DNA of 64,000 nt from positions 486,015 to 550,014 of the forward strand of contig NW_026867489.1 of assembly GCF_020745735.1 (NCBI RefSeq). Reading direction: 5' to 3'. The position numbers and the translations under genes were made by a program. Source of the DNA: Hemiscyllium ocellatum (Eukaryota). The notes below the pieces were generated by a model that was given only the letters and a program-made list of their open reading frames with translations, did no database searches and was not told the DNA's origin. Positions 48,696 to 60,648 of the stretch are shown here, one piece after another. Position 1 is the stretch's first letter. Each line of letters starts with the position of its first letter.

Positions 48696-51600
48696 TTGAG
48701 GAACTGACAGATGCAGGTATATTTACAACACTTAAAATGCATTTCATTATGTGCAGGAATAGGAAAAATTTGAATGGATGCTATGCTAGCCAAAGCATGT
48801 GGGAGAGTTTAACTGGGGAATATCGTTGACTTGGACGAGTTGGATTTAGGGGTGCTGTATTACTTTCTGACTCTGGGATATTTAACGTTGGACAGAGGAT
48901 TGATTATGTCCCTATTGATAGTGCACTTGACACTGCATTTCTAAACAATGATCCGAAATTTTCATAGCTAGTGTCTGTTTTGAGGATGAATAATACCATC
49001 TGACAAGTTAACTCTGATTTCCCTCCACAGATTGCTGATAGTTCCGCTGAGCGTTTCGAGTAATTTCAGTCTTTTTATTTTGTTTCTGTTGACGTACTAC
49101 ATCAATTTCTCTGTTCGTTTCACTTTCCAGGATCCACAGAATTTTGCTTTGAAATTAGATTTTAACTAGTTTAACAAGCGCCAACCAGATCCAGGTAGAA
49201 AAATGCAGTCAATGGAAAGCATATTCAGACTATGAAGGGGCTAAAGACAATAGTTCAGTCTTCTTGACATTTAATGGGAGAAAATTTCTCTTTAGTCACT
49301 GCCTCAGGACGTTTGACATATTGGACTGCAGTTTGGAACTGAAGGAAATTTGTTTCTATCGTCCTTCAAGATGGTAGAATTCGAAGGAGGAAGAGATTTT
49401 GTCCTTACTTGGATCAAATTGAGATGTTCACCTCTCACTCACACCCCTCCGACAGAAGGCAGAGCCTGGTGTCATTTCAGATCAGATGACAAGTCACTGC
49501 TGGAGATGGTCTGTGTAAACCTGTTTGTTTTTTTGTAACAATCCATTGGGTTCGATGATCACTTTCTTTTGATGACAGCCCCAGATATTATCAGAATAAT
49601 TCAGCTTAATTTTGCGAGTTGCTTCTAGCTAACTATAGGTCCTCTCTCATTGGCTTTTGCTTTCTGTCTAATCAATAGAACAGATCATTAGAAGATGAGG
49701 ACTTGTAGCAGGGTAAGTCAAAGCAAACAAAACATTTGGATCTGACAGACGATTTCATTAATTATTTTGCAGATTTTGAACTTGGGACAAAGAAGTACCG
49801 TTCCCAACAAAGATTAACCGGACATGAGAACCTTCATTCATGGATTTCTTTAAATTCATCTTAAGTTGCGGTTGCATCAAGAAACAATTATATTCTCAGA
49901 GTCTGCATTTGATTACTGCATCTGACCAATTCATCGTTGATGTTTTAGGAAACTGACTTAATTGTTGCTGAAATGTCAAGTTTCATTTTTACTTCTATAC
50001 TCGGGTACTTTAATCTTGTCGCTGTCCCCATTCAATCATTTGTTGTGACTGACGGCTTCAGAAGCTTTTTCGCATGCTAATTGTTGGGAACTTTGGATGT
50101 AATAGTCGGGATGGCTTGTTGAGGTCATACAGAATGTTGATGCCTCTTCTGGAGAACTATGTGCAGTTTTAGTTGCCCTGTTGTCGGTAGGATATTCTTA
50201 AATTGTTGAAGGTTCTGAAAACGACGAGCTTGTCAATAATACCGGTAAAGGATGTGAGTTGAGTTAAACAAGTAAGCTGGACAGCTCGGACGTCCATTAA
50301 TTTAGCGAAGGAGTTTGAGGGTTGACATTGTAGAGGTTTCTTTTTTAAAATAACGAGGGGCATAGCAAGGCTTTTATTCCATCGGATGGGCGATTCCAAA
50401 AGTAGGGATATATTTTTAGGGGGAGAGGAATACATTTCAAAAACGAAATGAGGGTCAACCTTTTCAAATTAAGAGTGGTCCATATATGAAAAGAACTGCT
50501 GGAGGAAGTGACGGATGCAGGTATACTTACAACACTTAAAATGCATTTCTTTACGTGCAGGAATAGGGAACGTTTGGAGGGATGTGTTGCTAGCCAAAGC
50601 ATGTGGGAGAGTTTAACTGGGGAATATCGTTGACTTGGACGAGTTGGATTTAGGGGTGCTGTATTACTTTCTGACTCTGGATATTTAACGTTGGACAGAG
50701 GATTGATCATGTCCCTACTGATAGTGCACTTGACACTGTATTTCTTAACCATGATCCGAAATTTTCATAGCTACTGTCTGTTTTGTGGATGAATGATGCC
50801 ATTTGAAAAGTTAACTCTCATGGCCCCTCCACAGATTGCTGACAGGTCTGCTGAGCGTTTTGAGTAATTTCAGTATTTTTATTTTGTTTCAGTTGACGTC
50901 CGACATCATTTTCTCTGTTCGTTTCACTTTCCAGGATCCACAGAATTTTGCTTTGAAATTAGATTTTAACTAGTTTTAATAAGCGCAAAACAGATCCAGG
51001 TAGAAGAACGCAGTCAATGGAAAGCATATTCAGACTATGGAGGGGCTAAAGGCAATAGTTCAGTCTACTTGACATTTAATTGGAGAAAAATTCTCTTTAG
51101 TCACTGCCTCAGAACGTTTGACATATTGGACTGCAGTTTGGAACTGAAGGAAATTTGTTTCTATCGTCCTTCAAGATGGTAGAATTTGAAGGAGGAAGAG
51201 ATTTTGTCCTTACTTGGATCAAATTGAGATGTTCACCTCTCACTCACACCCCTCCGACAGAAGGCAGAGCCTGGTGTCATTTCAGATCAGATGACAAGTC
51301 ACTGTTGGAGATGGTCTTTGTAAACCTGTTTGTTTTTTTGTAACAATCCATTGGGTTCGATGATCACTTTCTTTTGATGACAGCCCCAGATATTATCAGA
51401 ATAATTCAGCTTAATTTTGCGAGTTGCTTCTAGCTAACTATAGGTCCTCTCTCATTGGCATTTGCTTTCTGTCTAATCAATAGAACAGATCATTAGAAGA
51501 TGAGGACTTGTAGCAGGGTAAGTCAAAGCAAACAAAACATTTGGATCTGACAGACGATTTCATTAATTATTTTGCAGATTTTGAACTTGGGACAAAGAAG

Positions 51601-52563
51601 TACCGTTCCCAACAAAGATTAACCGGACATGAGAACCTTCATTCATGGATTTCTTTAAATTCATCTTAAGTTGCGGTTGCATCAAGAAACAATTATATTC
51701 TCAGAGTCTGCATTTGATTACTGCATCTGACCAATTCATCGTTGATGTTTTAGGAAACTGACTTAATTGTTGCTGAAATGTCAAGTTTCATTTTTACTTC
51801 TATACTCGGGTACTTTAATCTTGTCGCTGTCCCCATTCAATCATTTGTTGTGACTGACGGCTTCAGAAGCTTTTTCGCATGCTAATTGTTGGGAACTTTG
51901 GATGTAATAGTCGGGATGGCTTGTTGAGGTCATACAGAATGTTGATGCCTCTTCTGGAGAACTATGTGCAGTTTTAGTTGCCCTGTTGTCGGTAGGATAT
52001 TCTTAAATTGTTGAAGGTTCTGAAAACGACGAGCTTGTCAATAATACCGGTAAAGGATGTGAGTTGAGTTAAACAAGTAAGCTGGACAGCTCGGACGTCC
52101 ATTAATTTAGCGAAGGAGTTTGAGGGTTGACATTGTAGAGGTTTCTTTTTTAAAATAACGAGGGGCATAGCAAGGCTTTTATTCCATCGGATGGGCGATT
52201 CCAAAAGTAGGGATATATTTTTAGGGGGAGAGGAATACATTTCAAAAACGAAATGAGGGTCAACCTTTTCAAATTAAGAGTGGTCCATATATGAAAAGAA
52301 CTGCTGGAGGAAGTGACGGATGCAGGTATATTTACAACACTTAAAATGCATTTCTTTACGTGCAGGAATAGGAAACGTTTGGAGGGATGTGTTGCTAGCC
52401 AAAGCATGTGGGAGAGGTTAACTGGGGATTATCGTTGACGTGGACGAGTTGGATTGAGGGGTACTGTATTACTTTCTGACTCTGGGACATATAACGTTGG
52501 ACAGAGGATTGATTATGTCCCTATTGACAGTGCATTTGACACTGCATTTCTAAACCATGATCC
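48696..52563 (+). repeat. Tandem duplication, ~1805-bp unit, 2 full copies + ~250-bp third
   Basis: Duplicate ORFs offset by exactly 1805 (49350/51155; 50169/51974). The unit holds CR1 and Penelope fragments plus unique sequence. Confidence 0.95.
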
Positions 52564-53109
52564 AGTTTTGTCACAGCTGAAAGTCTTCCTCACGATATTG
52601 CACGGGGCGCTGAACTCAAGCATTTGGAAACACTTTCCTCCATTCTTGTTCACCAGGTCAAACGATGTGTTTGTCAGAATACAACGTCACCAGAATTTGC
52701 ATGTGAATGTTTTCTTCTCAGGTTCTCTCCCTTGTTACCTAACAACGGTTTCAAATTATTCAGAGTTTAATCCTTAAAAATATTACATGGATCTATAATT
52801 TAAAGACTAAACTGCTTCCCAATCAACACATACATATAAATTATTCTAATACTAAAGGTGCATGGAACCGCTGAAGGCATTCAAGAGAAGCAAACACTTT
52901 GGTTTCCATAAAATACTGAACCCGAGTTCAGGTTCTGGGCCATCACTGACTGCACTTGATCGATACTAAAAGAAAAACAGAAAACGCTCATGGGGACAAC
53001 AGGACCACAGAATTTGCAAGGGAAATGGGAATATCCTCTTTGCTAAATTTGTCAACACAAAGGAAGAAACCGAAAGCCCGACCTTTTCGTTGATGTAAAT
53101 ATAACCAAA

Positions 53110-53167
53110 CGTGCAGTTTGTGACTTCATTGTCCCTGTAGACTCTGTCATTCGAAATAAATGTGGGA
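53110..53167 (+). promoter_or_regulatory. Same conserved motif upstream of GPCR #4
   Basis: cgtgcagtttgtgacttcattgtccctgtagactctgtcattcgaaataaatgtggga. Confidence 0.45.
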
Positions 53168-53232
53168 ACGCATAGTCGTTTCAAAGAGTAAGGCTGCACA
53201 ATTGCTGCAATTCCTTTAGTGTATGAAGGACA

Positions 53233-53302
53233 ATGCACGGACCAGCGAATGGCCCCATCTTTGCCATATGTTATCCTATTCTCGCTGCAATTGGTGCCCC
53301 TG
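53233..53302 (+). CDS. GPCR #4 exon 1 (MHGPANGPIFAICYPILAAIGAP+G)
   Basis: ATG at 53233, 23 codons + G, GTTAGT donor at 53303; paralogous to 2929-2998. Confidence 0.88.
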
Positions 53303-54724
53303 GTTAGTAATGGCTCCGATGCACCCTGTTTTTTTTAATATATATCTCCAGAAGTATTGTCTCTTTCCTTTCAGATTTGTACTGAATGTATTTAACATTC
53401 TGTGATTTCTGTGCAATAGGGGTTCAATCACGTCCTAATTTACTATTTGCATTACATGATATTTTGGGGTGTTATGTCTACTATTGAATACATTACTTCA
53501 TTGCACTTGTGTTCTGGGCATTAGCGTATGATAGTCAAATTATTGTGATGCATCCCTATATAAAGACCGCTTAATAATTTCGGGGGAACAATTGGTAATG
53601 TCTAACTTTGAATTAGTCTGAAGTTGTTGATCATTATATCCAATCCTAATGTAGCAAAGCCAAACCTTGTGTTTTCATATCTGCGGGAATATTGGTGTAT
53701 CACAGTGTAGGACATAATTTGCTTTTTTAATTATTGGTCCAGAAAATGAATAGTTAGAGTACCATCATTACATCATATAAAACGAAAAGATTTAAGTGAT
53801 TGTACGAGTGTACAGCACGTCATCTATTCACAGTTTAACGAAGCCACGATGCGAAATCCCAGTTGTGAACGTGGTTTTAGGCATTTTTAATAGCACCATT
53901 TGAAAGGTCCGAATGGTGATCCAAGATTCGCCATACTAAGCAATTGTCTTTTTATGATAATTTTTTGTATGCTTATATGTTTTTATGTTTAACAATTACG
54001 TGGGTATAACTGTTGGTGGTAACTGCAACAGTAATGTTTTACTTCACTTTGGAATGTAGTTTCACTTGTTCCTTCAGAGCTTCATTTGGTTTCATGCAGA
54101 CCTTTACATAAGGGGAAATACGATTATCAGGTTGAAAAATGGGAGATTTAAAGAATTGGCTGAAGAGCAAAAAAAATAGGCTCCCACCTGGGGACAGAAT
54201 TAGAAGTTTGGGCCTTGACACGACTGAAAGGACAAATGTGCTGGAGATGCCCAAGGCCAGAAAGTAGGCATCAGGCGATCTCAGATGGCTTTGGTTGTGG
54301 AGGGGATGCGGGTGACTATGGTATGTGTTTTTTTCAGTTTGAAGAGTAGGATTATCTTACGGTGATAATGCTGGAATTCAAGCCAATGTAGTTCAGCATG
54401 AATAGACGTTGATGGATGGATTTGATGCAATCAGTACACGGTTTTGCAAATGTATCCATTCAGGTTAAACTGGAAAGCCAGCTACACGGACTGATTGAGT
54501 CACTGTTCTGCATTGTTAGTGGTAGCGACAAATTGAAATGACTTTTGTCACCTCCAGTATTTAACCCACATTTGAATGGTGAACAAATGTGATTTGCTTT
54601 ACAATATTACAAGTCTGGGGGTATCTAGGGGAGAAATCTGAAAGTTTCTGCAGAAGATTGACTGGGAAAGTAGCTTGTGTTTATATTTCACTCGAAGATA
54701 TTTCGCTCTTTTGATGTCTTACAG

Positions 54725-55626
54725 CTAATTTGGCAACGATAGTGATCCTTTTCCAAAAAAGGTGCGGTCTGTCTCGTGGTATCACCTACTACTTACTGTC
54801 AATTGCAGTAACTGATTTCATTGTCATCATTGTTGCTGTCATAATCAATCGGATTGGGAGCATTTACTTTAGATACAGCCTTCTATCAACCACCCCTGGC
54901 TGCAGTATCAGCACTGTTTTGGTCTATATCAGCCGGGATAGCTCCGTTTGGTTGACTGTTACATTCACCCTCGACCGTTTTGTTGCCATCTGCTGCCAGA
55001 GCCTGAAGACCAGATACTGCACTGAGAAAATTGCGTCAGTCATCATAGGAATTGTCTGTCTACTGAGCTGTGTCAAGAACGCCCCTTTCTTCTTTGTCTA
55101 CCAGCCCTTATACATTCTGGACGGGAAGCCCTGGTTCTGTGACTTAAAGTCCAGTTATTATACCTTGCCGGCTTGGAAGTGTTATCAATGGATGGACCAC
55201 ATGCTGACCCCCTTCCTCCCTTTCCTCCTTATTCTCCTGTTCAACGCCCTGACTGTTAGACACATCATAGCAGCCAGCAGAGCACGGAAAAGACTTCGAG
55301 GTTCTGAGAATTCCAATGATGCTGAGTTGGCCAACCGCAACAAGTCCATTGTCTTGCTCTTCACAATTTCCCTCAGCTTTCTACTTCTCTGGGCCACCTA
55401 CGTCGGACGATTCCTCTACGTGCAGTTTACAGGAGAGGGTTATTTTGGCGGACTGGATTTTAATGATCCACAATTTATCCTTCAAGAAATGACCAACCTG
55501 CTTCAGTTATTCAGTTCTTGTAATAATGTATTCATCTATGCAGTGACCCAGACAAAGTTCCGACAGGAGCTAATGAAGTTGCTGCTCTATCCTTACACGT
55601 TCTTCAAACGTTTTATTAAACGATGA
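54725..55626 (+). CDS. GPR139/GPR142-like GPCR #4 exon 2 (full CDS 323 aa; close paralog of #1, opposite strand)
   Basis: 298-aa ORF with LLSIAVTD, TLDRFVAICC, PFLPFLLILLFN and SSCNNVFIY. Acceptor ttacag ends at 54724, giving G|CT AAT TTG (A-N-L). Colinear with #1 without gaps. Confidence 0.93.
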
Positions 55627-55676
55627 AAATAGCAACAAAAGCAATGAGAACCCATCCACGTTATATGTGTTCTAAG

Positions 55677-55830
55677 NNNNNNNNNNNNNNNNNNNNNNNN
55701 NNNNNNNNNNNNNNNNNNNNNNNNNNNNNNNNNNNNNNNNNNNNNNNNNNNNNNNNNNNNNNNNNNNNNNNNNNNNNNNNNNNNNNNNNNNNNNNNNNNN
55801 NNNNNNNNNNNNNNNNNNNNNNNNNNNNNN
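55677..55830. other. Assembly gap (154 N)
   Basis: Run of N 50 nt after the GPCR #4 stop codon. Confidence 1.
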
Positions 55831-58800
55831 GTTAGGTCAATTCCCAACCTGTGAAAGCTTATGTTAACAGAAAATAGATGAAAAACGTAGATCAAACATT
55901 GGATGTTCTGAGTGTTTCGTTTAGATGCCACACAACTATACGCTTTCATGGCCATTATTTCAGCTACCCTGTTCTCGGGACCGATATTTGTAGCTTCAAT
56001 CCCTTCCTTTCCCTCTTCCATTCCGCCGTCCAATCGTCTTACCTTTATTTCCTGTCTCTATTTGTCCGAAATTCCTAAACTCTCCTTGTCGTTTTCCTTC
56101 AACATGACCCAGAAGAAAACCCATTAACCTGGACGAAGCTTTAGATCTGTGCCTTCAATAATAAGAAGGGCGGTTTTATAATTTTTGTTACCCACTATAC
56201 AATCCACATGATGGCGATAAAGGTTAGAATTTCAACGCAAGCATGTCAGACAAACAGATGGAACGTCTCCAGTCCAAAATGACTGTTCTTTACGTTGCAT
56301 CATTTTATCTTTTTCGAAAGGAAGCAAGGGGTTATCCATGGACAAGAAATTTCCAGACAACCAGTGGGCCAACATTAGACCACAATAAGGAACTCAACTA
56401 ATACTGTGGGTACGGATAATGTTATTCCAGAAATTCAAGTAAACATTTCACTCCAAGGTTTGTGAGCATTTTCCCCACGACCTCCACATTTCTCCGAATA
56501 TGTATTGAAAAACAACTGGATATGAACAAGAACAAACAATTAAACTAAGCAGTTTCTTGTCACTCGGTGAGCGGCTCTCAGAAATCCTGTATTTGAGTTG
56601 ATACTACTGTCAGTTTGGAGAGTGCTGTGCTTTACCACCTTCTCCCTGTTTAAATCCCGAATGATAGTGCAGTGACACCAAGCCATCAGCGGATGGTAAC
56701 AGTGCATTACTTTGAAAGAAGAGAAACACGGGGAACGATTGCTTTTATTTAATCATTTTGATTCATTGAATCCCCAGACTGGTTATATTTCATTGCAGAC
56801 AGAAATGAATTCGCAGCCAACACCGACGTAGACACTTACACACGGATACTTGAAAGAGACATATCAATAGATAAACTTCTAGATGCACAACCATTGATAA
56901 AAAACAGCGATATACACAACAGGGAGACACTTATAGACATCTATTCAACGTTTTTCTTTTGGAATTTGATCCCCATTGCCACACAGTGATGCAATGTTAG
57001 CGGTTATCAAGATACAACAAACACTGGCGTTTTGCAGCGAACTCGGCCTTTATTGCAGCTTCTGTTCTTTTTTACTTCAGTTGTAAAGCCAGAGATGCAA
57101 AAACTGAACGACTGACTTCTGCTGCAATAGTCCTTAATATTCCCCGAAGAATCGGCATCTGCCAGTCACAGAAGGAGGCCTTTCAGTCTTCAGGAGCACT
57201 GCTTTCTCTGAACGGAATGATTCTTGTAATCGTCCTCTCCGAACCTTCCAGAAGCCTTCCATATATTCACATTTCGAAAACTCCCAAATCCTCTTTCGAA
57301 ATGATATTAAATATCTTCAAGCTCCTTATCAAGTAATTTGTTTCACTGCAGAATCACGCTCGTCAAAGCTGGGAAATCCGCAATCAGTTCCCAATTGTTT
57401 TGACAATTTGACACATATTTGGAAAGTGGCAATATGAAAGTTGCTCTTCCAGAGTGTGGGAGCAACGGTTTGGAACATTTGTGCCTCTAATTCTCCAACA
57501 CTATCATTGTGATGCTTATCGACAGCGAGTTTGACTGTGTGAGAATTTGACAATGTGATTGTGAGAGAATATATGTGAACCTGAGAGCTGGTCTGAGAAT
57601 TAATATTACAGTGTGAGAGTGAGTGTGAATCAAAGATAATTTGTGTTTGTGAGATAAAGAGAGTTTGTATTTCCTTGTGAGTGAGTCAGAGCTTTTCTGG
57701 GAGTAAATTTGATGAAAAGAATATGAGAGAGATACAGTGCACCTTAGTATGTGTGAGAGATTGAGAATGAATTTGGCAGTGTGAGAAGGAAGGTGTATGC
57801 TTTCTCCACAAGTACTTCTGAATCTCTGAATTCATACTGGTAGTGACTGCTCGCCTATTCCAATCAGGCGTTTTCACGATTATCTTGACTGTACACACAC
57901 TAACTGGCCAACAAAAATATTCGGTAGTTTATGTGAACTGATTGAAACAACAGCTTTTTAAAAATAAGCTTAAACTGGTGACAGAGCAAGAACATTTACC
58001 TGCTCCCACAGTGGGAGAGAGTTTACTCAGTCGTCAGATTTAGTGAGGCATTAGCGAGCTTACCAGTGATGGTTGGGTTATTATTGCATGCAGTTACGTT
58101 CAGAATTGAAACATTTTGAATCTGAGTGTACGGAAATTTACTTAAACCCACTGTCCTGTTCAGACAACTGGATTTCATATATTTTCTCTCAATGGGATTC
58201 TGTTTTTTTTTGATCCACTTCTTTTGACTGATTGATCTGTTTAAAGCAATTTCCGGTAAAGATATGAAACATGTTATGTTTCAATCAAAACATCTGCAGC
58301 CATAAAGAATATATTCAAAGTAGCAGGTGGCATATCAATACAGAGTTCACATTGGATTGAGCAGAACGCGTTCAAGGTGACATCATTTTCATTCAGAAGC
58401 AGAACATGCAAAACATCTCCGAAAGACTTTCTAGCGATTGACCGATTGATAAATGTCAACATGTATCATACAAACCCCTGAGAACTCCTTTCTTCTTCAA
58501 TCCATCCATCAGGTAAAATCCCCATTTATTTCCAATATAATCAATCCAGAATTTCTATCTGCTGGGAATTGAAATGTGAATGGCATTCGAGGACAAGAGA
58601 TCAGTCGTGATTTTATTGAGTGGAAGAGCAGTATGGTCTCATTCTGCTCCTACATCAATTGTATGCATATATATTAGTGAATTACACAATGGATAAACCC
58701 AATGTTATACCTCCAGAATCATACATTAGTAAGGATAAACAAGGAAATAAACAGCTAAAAGTGTCCTACCCAAGCCCTTAAAATTAAGGAGCTGTTGCAA

Positions 58801-59329
58801 AAGTAGGTATATCCATTAAGTTAATGCAAGTAGCTATTCGCCCCTGAAAAGCACGATTACAGTATACCCTTGCGCTAAATATTTGCTTGAGTCACACGTA
58901 AGCTGCTCGGGGCGTTAACGATTGTGTGTGGGAATGGATGTCTGATGGACTCCAGTAGAAATAGAATGAGAAGACATTGCATGAGTAAGTGATCATGGAA
59001 CACGTTGATCATTCTAATTAATTATCGCACTTATACATTCAAAATACACGTGATGGTAGAAGGTCATTTGTGTGATGATGCCGCTACCAATGTTCCCAAA
59101 CCAGCTTTCGGTTGTGGGTTCCTTATTGCTTGCTGCATGTACAATCTATGTAAATGAGAATGTGGGGGGTGGATGAGGGAATTGGTAGCTAAGTTTGCAA
59201 TGATTGAAAACTTGGCTGGTTGGTTGACAGCAAGCATTAAAGTCATAGTTTAAAGGCGGATATAAACAGATTGATCATGTAGTAGAACAGTAGCAGATGT
59301 GAATTGTCCCAAAATAATTATGAAAGGAT

Positions 59330-59990
59330 ACATTTCGAAAGAAGCAAATAAAGACAAGGAAATGTAAATGAATGTTAGGAAACTTGGAATCTCAGAGGAA
59401 CGAGGAATCTTGGTGTGTTTGTCGACAGATCGCTGAAGGCAACATGGAAGTTTCTTCAGGCAGTTTAGAAGGCAAAGGGGACTCTTGCCGTTATGATTGG
59501 AAGCATATATTACAACAGCAATGAGGTTATATTGAAGCTGTGCAGGACTTTGGTTGGGTCACAGCTGGAGTATTATGGGTATTTCACTTCTCTTTTGGAG
59601 TAATATGATCGCAGTCGAGGTAGACCAGAGTTAGTATAACTTCGTGGGAGTATGGATAGAATGGATACAAAGCAGCTATTCCCCTCAGTTGGACGATGAG
59701 TTAGAATGAGGCATCATTTTAAAATGAAAGACAGGTGGCTCAGAGGGGATTTCGGGTAAAAAGAAATCACCCAGAGAGTGGTTGCTTGAGTTGAGGTCGG
59801 GAAATTCAAAATTATCCAAACATAACTTGGAGGAGAGTTGAGTTTCGTGCTGCAAAGTATAGAATCAGCGTATTTTTTCGGGTATACTCCTGATGGGCTG
59901 AAAACCGTATTCTGAAATAGATGATTCAACGGTTTTGTTTTCTTGAAGTTATGATGGTAAGAGGAAATATAAAACGTGCTGATGCATGCT
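59330..59990 (+). mobile_element. CR1 LINE RT C-terminal/3' fragments
   Basis: gaggaatcttggtgtg..., ctgtgcaggactttggttgggtcacagctggagtatt, ttttaaaatgaaagacagg. Confidence 0.65.
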
Positions 59991-60229
59991 GGACGGGCGG
60001 TTTAACAGTATGATAGAATCGGTAATGTCTCTTTTAGGGTCTTGGATATTTCAGGCTCTTCTGCAAAAATATCTGTGACAGATTGATTCCAGGATACTTT
60101 GGTTTCGTGATAGCCCTACCACTGACCGCTAAATGCTGTGCTTTACTTTGTAGTTGAAGTTTTTTTGTGATTATGAACAAACCACACACCTCTATGAGGG
60201 AGAACCTCAGAAAGTTTTCAGCAATTTTG

Positions 60230-60648
60230 TAAAGAGTTCAGATATTTTTTCTATTATTTTGAGGATGAAAGCTCAGACATATACGGCATTGTCATCAGCT
60301 GACGCCCCAAAATGGTTAAACTGGTGAGTTTTATTCTGGTTCTGAGTTCTGCAGAGAAGCTCCTTATCTAGTTGTTGCCGGTACCAATACAGATAATAGA
60401 TGCTTTCTGTTGTACTGGAGGTGCATCTCAGAGTCATTGCTTCACGCTGTCTCCTACTCTCAGAAGGCTGAGACTGAGTTATGTAATTACCGTCATCCTG
60501 TTTTGTAACATGTTCAGAAGGAAGAAAACACTGTAATGAAAACTTCACTCGAATAATTATGCTCTTATATTTTGAGCACGAAAACAATGGACTATTTCTT
60601 ACCGACAATGAGAATTGTGAACAGAAGTCAGGTGCGGAATATCCGCGT
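60230..60648 (-). pseudogene. TCR alpha/delta V pseudogene with leader (60603-60648) and internally deleted V exon
   Basis: Leader (ACG)RIFRT*LLFTILIV+G, then GTAAGA. V exon reads DGNYITQSQPSESRRQREAMTLRCTSSTTESIYYLYWYRQQLDKEL, deletion, TSLTI..QL / DNAVYV*. RSS badly eroded (CAAAATA/24/ACAAAATTG). Confidence 0.85.

Noticed and set aside
56982-57022. CACAGTG followed by ACAACAAAC as an orphan RSS
   Set aside because: The spacer is 25 nt and the upstream sequence does not encode a V end.
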